In this document: positions 58,565 through 64,000 of the stretch, one piece after another | How positions within the stretch are numbered: the stretch's first letter is position 1 | Layout: every line of letters begins with the position of its first letter | Assembly (NCBI GenBank): GCA_002862745.1 | Contig: PKDX01000047.1 | Location: 40,371-104,370, forward strand | DNA: 64,000 nucleotides | Direction: 5' to 3' | Origin: Bacteroidota bacterium | GTDB lineage: Bacteria > Bacteroidota > Bacteroidia > Chitinophagales > UBA8649 | Notes under the pieces: model-generated | The model's input: the letters and a program-made list of their open reading frames with translations, nothing else | The model's database searches: none | Told to the model about the DNA's origin: nothing | Program-made: the position numbers and the translations under genes

Positions 58565-59320
58565 ATGGTAAGGCTTCTTTTGACAATCATCATTTTTCTT
58601 AGCGGGCTATGTCTTTCTATCAAGCCTATTGCAGCACAGAAAGCATCCAACGTTTTACATCTAACTCCGCAATATGGAGCCTACATTCCTTTTGGAAACT
58701 TGAGTGAACGATTTGGATTCTCTCAGTCTTTTGGTTTTTCCGGTGACTATGTGTGGGGAGGGAAACTTGGACTCGGTATAGAAGGCCAATATCATTTCGG
58801 AAATAAGGTAAAAGAAAATGATCTTCTTAACTCCTTGCTTTCTTCTGGCTTTATGGTGGGAGATGATGGTGACTTAGTACCTGTCGGTTTTGAACAGCGA
58901 GGAATGAGCCTTATGACATGGCTCAGTAAGAATTTTCCTTTTTCGCCAAAGTCGCCAAATAGTGGACTTCTGATTAAAGTCGGTATGGGTTACACATTGC
59001 ATAAAATCAGCTATAACGTGGATCGCAACGCAGTGCCTCAGTTTAGTCCACAGTATCGCACAGGTTATGATCGTTTAAGCGGAGGCGTTGTTTTTTCCCA
59101 GTTTATAGGATTGATGAAGCTTGAACAACAACGCTTTACCAATCTTTATCTCGGTATCGAATTCCAAGAAGGCCTTACATCCAATCTTCGCCCTTGGGAT
59201 CTTGCCACAAATTCATCGCTGGATGCTTCGCGTTTCGACCTTAGAATTGGCTTAAAATTCGGGTGGATTATTCCGGTATGGACGGGAGCCTCAACCGAGG
59301 ATGACCTCTATTATTACTAA
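58565..59320 (+). CDS. Hypothetical outer-membrane beta-barrel-like protein
   Basis: Signal peptide (LLLTIIIFLSGLCLSIKPIAAQ) and alternating amphipathic strands rich in G, Y and F. No family recognised. Confidence 0.4.
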   Translation: MVRLLLTIIIFLSGLCLSIKPIAAQKASNVLHLTPQYGAYIPFGNLSERFGFSQSFGFSGDYVWGGKLGLGIEGQYHFGNKVKENDLLNSLLSSGFMVGDDGDLVPVGFEQRGMSLMTWLSKNFPFSPKSPNSGLLIKVGMGYTLHKISYNVDRNAVPQFSPQYRTGYDRLSGGVVFSQFIGLMKLEQQRFTNLYLGIEFQEGLTSNLRPWDLATNSSLDASRFDLRIGLKFGWIIPVWTGASTEDDLYYY

Positions 59321-59398
59321 GGCAATTAGTTATACTCAGTTTTGCGTTAGTAAATGGTGGCCCAATCCTTGATGGCTTGTCTTTTCTTTGCTTAGTCA

Positions 59399-61216
59399 AT
59401 GAAAATCAATATTCGTACACTCTTTTTCTGGATCACTATGTTTCCGATGACCGTGACGGGTCAGCGTTCGACTTCACTTGTTTTAAGCCATGCTGTAGCT
59501 TGGCATAATACTCGATTTGAGCACTTAACCTCTTCTACTACTTCGAGTTGCACGGGTATGCCTCAAGCGAAAACGTTGATGGGCCTCTATGACCATGGTC
59601 ACGGCGTCTTTCGAGAAAATCTTTACTTGGTATCTGATTTATCCGGAATTACTGTCTCAGATATCGTAAGCGATGAAGAGATTGCCTTGAATGCTTATGC
59701 CCTTGCTCTAGATAGCCTTTTACCCTCTACACCGTCCAGTACGGACATTGCCTTTGCCCTATCCGCATTGAGTGAGTTTCCTGTTAGGCTAACGGATTCG
59801 GTCGAAAACAAAGCGCTATATCTTCCTGTGGTTAGCTTTTTATCTGAAGTTGCGCGAAAATCAAGTGATTCTGCATGGACAGTTCAATTAGGCTTTGACC
59901 CTCTTCTAAATTTTGCCCATGAGGTGTTTACTGAGGAATGGATAACTATCCATTCCATGCCTCGGATTATGCTATCCGAAGTGGGTGTCTACAATATGGA
60001 CTTACATGACCCGATAGCAAGTAGCCTTCGTTCATCTGATTATAGTCAAGCGCTGTGGAATCCTACCTCTTGCAATTACAGTAGTCGAAGCGGAAGCGAT
60101 ATTTCTGCGATAACCATACATACAGTTCAGGGCAGTTATTCAGGGTGTATTGCATGGTTTCAAAACTGTAATTCAAGTGTCTCAGCGCATTATGTCATTC
60201 GCTCGAGCGACGGCCAGGTGACCCAAATGGTGCGTGAATCCGATAAGGCTTGGCATGTGGGTAGTGAAAATCCGTATACCATTGGCTATGAACATGAGGG
60301 CTACGTTTCCAATCCTGCATGGTATACCGAAGCGATGTATAGATCCTCGGCAAATCTTACGCGCGATATTTTGGCCTCAGGCTATGGCATTAATGGGCAC
60401 AGAACCGCCTACTACCCATGGACTGCTACTACGAATTATAATCAAGCGGGCGTGCCGGGTTCTTGCAACCGAATTAAAGGGCATCAACACTTTCCTAATC
60501 AAACGCATACGGATCCAGGTGAGTTTTGGGATTGGGATTTTTACTATAAGTTGATCAATGAAGGCACTTTACCTCAGGTGTATACTCAAGATAATGGAGT
60601 GCTCTATGACAGTGGGGGACCCTTTGGAGATTACGATGATGATGAGCGTCTGCTCTATCAGATACAAGGTAATGCTCCCTTTCAATTATCCTTTGAGGAA
60701 TTTGATCTTGAGGAGGATTGGGATTATCTTTTTCTTTATGAAGGGCCCGACGAGTTTAGCCCGTTAATCGGACAGTATTCAGGAAACACACTTCCAGATA
60801 CATTGGTCATCGATGCTGATACCTTGATGATAGAATTTCGGTCAGACTGCGCTACTCAAGGGGGCGGATACGCGATTCAATGGCAAAGTCTTAGGGATAC
60901 AACGGATGTGAATCCAGTCGATACGAGCGATATTACAGCGATTGAACTCAATAGATTACAGCAACTGGCTATATATCCTAATCCTGTAAACACCCACATT
61001 AGGTTTGCATTAACAGCAAGCAATTTGCAGCGAAAAGACTATAACTATACCATGGTGAATCAGCTTGGTCAAATCGTCAAAGGGGATGCCTTAGAAGAAA
61101 CAGACCAAGGAGAGTTCAGTATTGCGACAGATGACTTGCCTCGTGGATTTTACTATCTACACGTCACGGATGCTTTTCAAGAAAATACCTGGACGGGAAG
61201 TTTTATAAAAAACTAA
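59399..61216 (+). CDS. Secreted N-acetylmuramoyl-L-alanine amidase (Amidase_2/PGRP fold) with CUB-like domain and T9SS type-A C-terminal domain
   Basis: Amidase_2 region ~60100-60540 (AITIHTVQGSY...SAHYVIRS-DGQVTQMV...AWHVG...IGYEHEG...GHQHF...THTDPG). CUB-like region ~60590-60890 (LYDSGGPFGDY...FEEFDLEEDWDYLFLYEG...IEFRSD...GYAIQW). CTD ~60956-61213 (LAIYPNPVNTHIRF...GFYYLHV). Confidence 0.75.
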   Translation: MKINIRTLFFWITMFPMTVTGQRSTSLVLSHAVAWHNTRFEHLTSSTTSSCTGMPQAKTLMGLYDHGHGVFRENLYLVSDLSGITVSDIVSDEEIALNAYALALDSLLPSTPSSTDIAFALSALSEFPVRLTDSVENKALYLPVVSFLSEVARKSSDSAWTVQLGFDPLLNFAHEVFTEEWITIHSMPRIMLSEVGVYNMDLHDPIASSLRSSDYSQALWNPTSCNYSSRSGSDISAITIHTVQGSYSGCIAWFQNCNSSVSAHYVIRSSDGQVTQMVRESDKAWHVGSENPYTIGYEHEGYVSNPAWYTEAMYRSSANLTRDILASGYGINGHRTAYYPWTATTNYNQAGVPGSCNRIKGHQHFPNQTHTDPGEFWDWDFYYKLINEGTLPQVYTQDNGVLYDSGGPFGDYDDDERLLYQIQGNAPFQLSFEEFDLEEDWDYLFLYEGPDEFSPLIGQYSGNTLPDTLVIDADTLMIEFRSDCATQGGGYAIQWQSLRDTTDVNPVDTSDITAIELNRLQQLAIYPNPVNTHIRFALTASNLQRKDYNYTMVNQLGQIVKGDALEETDQGEFSIATDDLPRGFYYLHVTDAFQENTWTGSFIKN

Positions 61217-62506
61217 TTAGTCCTTGAGCTTTTTGCGATTCACTGCCACATCACTTGGTTTTACCGCGAGCTTGGCTAAGCTGATTAGGAATCGTTTGAA
61301 TATAGGGCCTCGACGTCCCCTCTTCTTTCCTTTTCTGATGCTGTCAAAGAAGAATTTGGTTTGAATGCTTGTAAAGAGAGCACAGGTATTGTGGTCGTAT
61401 TTTTTGCCACCATTGGATAAACGAACATGCCTTGCTCCAAGGTCTTTCATGTAGTCATAGGTGAAGAGTGTATTTCGGTAATCCACTTGTTCATCGCTAT
61501 TACAATAGCATAAGAGCATAGGGCTCTCTGGAGCCCAATCATAGAGGTCATTATCGGCTAAGGCAACTCGTAATGGGAAGGCGGTATCTTGTAAATATTG
61601 TTCGACCAGTGATGGGTCAAGCATATCGGCAGGGACTTCGGGGAGTCGCTTAGATACATAGCCTATGCTGTATTCTCCGGTCATTGTCGCACGCAAGAGG
61701 CTATCATAAGGTGGCACAAACACTTCATAGATGTCCCCATCCCACATAGCTGGATAGGCTCGATCCATTGAAGTGATTAAATAGGGTAGGTATGCTTGAT
61801 GACCATAGGGTTCAAACATTCGGCGTTGTTGATCCTTTCCTGTCATGTGATACGCTCCGGAAGCTGGTGCGCTGGCGCGCACGGTGAATTCATCGGGATA
61901 TTGTTCTTGCATAATCTTATGACTCGCCATGGCCGCATGGCCTCCTTGGGAATATCCCGAAATGTATAGGTCCTCATTAAATGGAGTCTCCATGATCTCA
62001 GCAAACTCGCGCAACGCTCGTACCATATCAATTGACGCTTGAGCCTCTGATTCGGTATGCTGGTATACATGTCGGCGTTCCCCCTTGCCCAATCCGATGT
62101 AATGGGGGTAAAGCCCATAGTAGCCATCTGTAGCATAGGCTGCAACAACGGCTTGCATACCTCCGAGGCCCTTCCAATTGGGATTGATTCGCATTTCTGT
62201 GCCGTGATTTAAAACAGAAGCTGGAATTCCTTCGGCGATATCTTTTGCCGGCATCAAGGGGAGGAAGATATATCCTGATGCGGTTATCGTATCACCATCA
62301 ACGTAAAGGGTTTTGTATATCACTTCATATACATCAAAGTCATACTTGATGGGTACAATGAACTTTTTGATTTTATTTTGTTTCCAAAGCGCACGCAAAC
62401 TGTCTGTTGTAAAGGAGTCAACCTTGGTATAGCTCACTAAGTGCTGAGCTTGACTAACAGTGCCTAAGAGGAGTAAAAGGTAGGATAAGACGAGAATTTT
62501 TTTCAT
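61217..62506 (-). CDS. Secreted alpha/beta-hydrolase (lipase/esterase-like)
   Basis: Signal peptide MKKILVLSYLLLLLGTVSQAQ. Nucleophile elbow GYSQGGH. The C-terminal tail is basic. Confidence 0.6.
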   Translation of the reverse strand: MKKILVLSYLLLLLGTVSQAQHLVSYTKVDSFTTDSLRALWKQNKIKKFIVPIKYDFDVYEVIYKTLYVDGDTITASGYIFLPLMPAKDIAEGIPASVLNHGTEMRINPNWKGLGGMQAVVAAYATDGYYGLYPHYIGLGKGERRHVYQHTESEAQASIDMVRALREFAEIMETPFNEDLYISGYSQGGHAAMASHKIMQEQYPDEFTVRASAPASGAYHMTGKDQQRRMFEPYGHQAYLPYLITSMDRAYPAMWDGDIYEVFVPPYDSLLRATMTGEYSIGYVSKRLPEVPADMLDPSLVEQYLQDTAFPLRVALADNDLYDWAPESPMLLCYCNSDEQVDYRNTLFTYDYMKDLGARHVRLSNGGKKYDHNTCALFTSIQTKFFFDSIRKGKKRGRRGPIFKRFLISLAKLAVKPSDVAVNRKKLKD

Positions 62507-62630
62507 GTATACAACAGATATCCCATAAAATACCGCTAATCCAAGGTTATTTAATCATGAGGACCGCCTATTTAACCTTTATTAGGAAAGAAGGGTAGAT
62601 GTGTTTAGGAAATGTGAGTAGCTGCTTAGC

Positions 62631-63086
62631 TCAGGCCTTTCGTCGGGCATAAACCTCCTTATCGACTTCGGCTACACGTATTCCTTTACTGTCTAAAATT
62701 TCGGCGGTAAAAACGTAGGTGGTTTTGCCTTGGGAATCCGCCTGATTTCGGATGTGTTCAATTTCCTCTGGCTTCGCTCTGAATACTGCCTTAAGCGTTC
62801 GTTCTCCTGGCTTTAGAAATCGGACTGTAGCGCTTTTGTCCCATACTATGTATTCAGGGCCTAACTTATCAAGCACAATAAAACAAAACCAAGGATCGCA
62901 CATAGCATAGATGGAGCCGCCAAAATGAGTATTAAAGAGATTCTTATTCCACCAACGCAACTTCATTTCAACATGGCAAGCATACCCGTCATCAGAAAAG
63001 CCTTTGAATCGTATACCTGCGCCGAGATAGGGAGGATAAAGGTTTATCCAGCGCATTTTGCGTTGTTTTGACCTGTAGCTAGACAT
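62631..63086 (-). CDS. DUF4442-type hotdog-fold protein (putative thioesterase-like)
   Basis: The pattern PPYLGAGIRF...VEMKLRWWNKN...HFGGSIYAMCDP resembles DUF4442 family members. Confidence 0.6.
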   Translation of the reverse strand: MSSYRSKQRKMRWINLYPPYLGAGIRFKGFSDDGYACHVEMKLRWWNKNLFNTHFGGSIYAMCDPWFCFIVLDKLGPEYIVWDKSATVRFLKPGERTLKAVFRAKPEEIEHIRNQADSQGKTTYVFTAEILDSKGIRVAEVDKEVYARRKA

Positions 63087-63088
63087 TT

Positions 63089-64000
63089 CTATTGGCTGGA
63101 TTCCTGTGAAGTGAATTCCCCTTCACTCTGAGCAATAAGCGTGGCAACGGCGGCATCACCGGTAACGTTGATGGCGGTACGCGTCATATCTAATATTCGA
63201 TCAATGGGAAAAACTAGAGCTACCCACCAAGCTTGATACCCTAAGGAAGCAAGTATGCCCATAAGTAAGACTAATCCCGCACTAGGTACTGCAGGCGCTC
63301 CGATAGAGGCTAAGGTCGCCATTCCAATCATTAATAACTGATCGGTCATCTCCATTCCCCCTGCGAAAAATTGGGCCAAAAACACTGCGGTAATCCCTTG
63401 AAACATCGACGTACCATCCATGTTTATGGTGGCACCTATTGGTAAGATAAAATTTGTCGTTTGTGGAGATACACCAAGGTCATTCTCTACGACATCCATG
63501 GTTACCGGAAGGGTAGCTGCGCTAGAAGAAGTGGAAAAGGCAACGGACTGGGCCTTGATGAGCTTGCGCATGAATCCTCTGTAGCCAATGTGCCGAACAA
63601 AGAGGGCAACCAAGCTTGGGTAAAAGACAAGTGCCATTATGCCTAATCCTAGAATAACCGTACCCATATACCAACCTACCGCTTGAAGAATTTGCGATAA
63701 AATCTCAGGGTTGTCGCCTGCTAAACGCGCCATCTGTCCTGCCAAGAGACAAAAGACAAAAAAGGGGGCAGCGCGCATTACCCATTGGATCAATAACAGA
63801 ATTACTTCATTGATGCCGTCCACTGCCTTATTTACAGGGTCACTATATCGCCTATCGACAAAAAGTAGGCCGATGCCAAAGAATATGGCAAAAAAGATCA
63901 CCTGAAGCATTTTGCTCATCGAGGTTAACGCTCCGAAAATATTGTCCGGAACGGACTCCACAAGGATAAACAGCGGACCATATTCTTCTTGAATTTTGTT
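63089..64000 (-). CDS. Dicarboxylate/amino acid:cation symporter (DAACS family); the N-terminal part lies beyond the right window edge
   Basis: Motifs SSSAATLP, GATINMDGTSMFQG and NVTGDA. The reading frame stays open upstream of the listed GTG at 63961 through base 64000. Confidence 0.85.
   Translation of the reverse strand, partial: NKIQEEYGPLFILVESVPDNIFGALTSMSKMLQVIFFAIFFGIGLLFVDRRYSDPVNKAVDGINEVILLLIQWVMRAAPFFVFCLLAGQMARLAGDNPEILSQILQAVGWYMGTVILGLGIMALVFYPSLVALFVRHIGYRGFMRKLIKAQSVAFSTSSSAATLPVTMDVVENDLGVSPQTTNFILPIGATINMDGTSMFQGITAVFLAQFFAGGMEMTDQLLMIGMATLASIGAPAVPSAGLVLLMGILASLGYQAWWVALVFPIDRILDMTRTAINVTGDAAVATLIAQSEGEFTSQESSQ

Noticed and set aside
1-64000. A window-wide look for mobile elements (transposase, integrase, terminal inverted or direct repeats), CRISPR arrays, tRNA/rRNA genes, toxin-antitoxin pairs, retrons, DGRs and known defence-system hallmarks.
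   Set aside because: I recognised none. All ORFs over 100 aa are accounted for by metabolic, replication, envelope or hypothetical secreted proteins, and no intergenic region is long or repetitive enough for an array. This is a by-eye assessment. tRNAscan, Infernal and defence-HMM scans would be the definitive check.

Overview
Densely packed chromosomal segment, about 55 genes, that looks like Bacteroidota. The evidence for that is two kinds of T9SS C-terminal sorting domain, an SprB-type repeat adhesin, fused E1 alpha/beta 2-oxoacid dehydrogenases and a fadN-type beta-oxidation operon.

Gene order, left to right:
- A giant T9SS adhesin, truncated at its 5' end by the window edge.
- A fused E1 alpha/beta dehydrogenase.
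- A minus-strand block: glutathione peroxidase, phenylalanine hydroxylase, beta-carbonic anhydrase, SulP transporter.
- A long plus-strand housekeeping run: dnaE, trxA, a HAD phosphatase, a FabH-like KAS III, a GlmU-like nucleotidyltransferase, tpiA, prmA and an orphan 1489-aa secreted protein.
- A second E1 alpha/beta fusion with an E2, then dnaX.
- A lipid and branched-chain acyl-CoA neighbourhood: a TetR regulator, the two transketolase halves about 8 kb apart, fadN-fadA-fadE plus a thioesterase, and the fused mutase IcmF.
- A five-gene envelope operon (membrane-anchored OB-fold-like protein, Sco, a CX4CH lipoprotein, YceI, a beta-barrel).
- A DUF360 / LemA-like / Zn-peptidase trio.
- A nine-gene nucleotide-sugar operon that includes an RfbD-CysQ fusion.
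- A T9SS-secreted peptidoglycan amidase, a lipase-like hydrolase, a hotdog-fold protein and a DAACS symporter truncated at the right edge.

I found no rRNA, tRNA, CRISPR array, transposase, integrase or recognisable defence module, so most of the window is core rather than accessory.

Signals most worth a second look:
1. An A10 slippery run in dnaX with stop codons 2-3 codons away in both alternative frames. This is a candidate tau/gamma recoding site.
2. An 18-bp inverted-repeat operator upstream of the TetR gene, with a second copy upstream of the fadNAE operon.
3. A direct read-through fusion of dTDP-4-dehydrorhamnose reductase to the PAP phosphatase CysQ.
4. The uncharacterised Sco/CX4CH/YceI/beta-barrel envelope operon.

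All family assignments come from motif recognition by eye. No database search was run.
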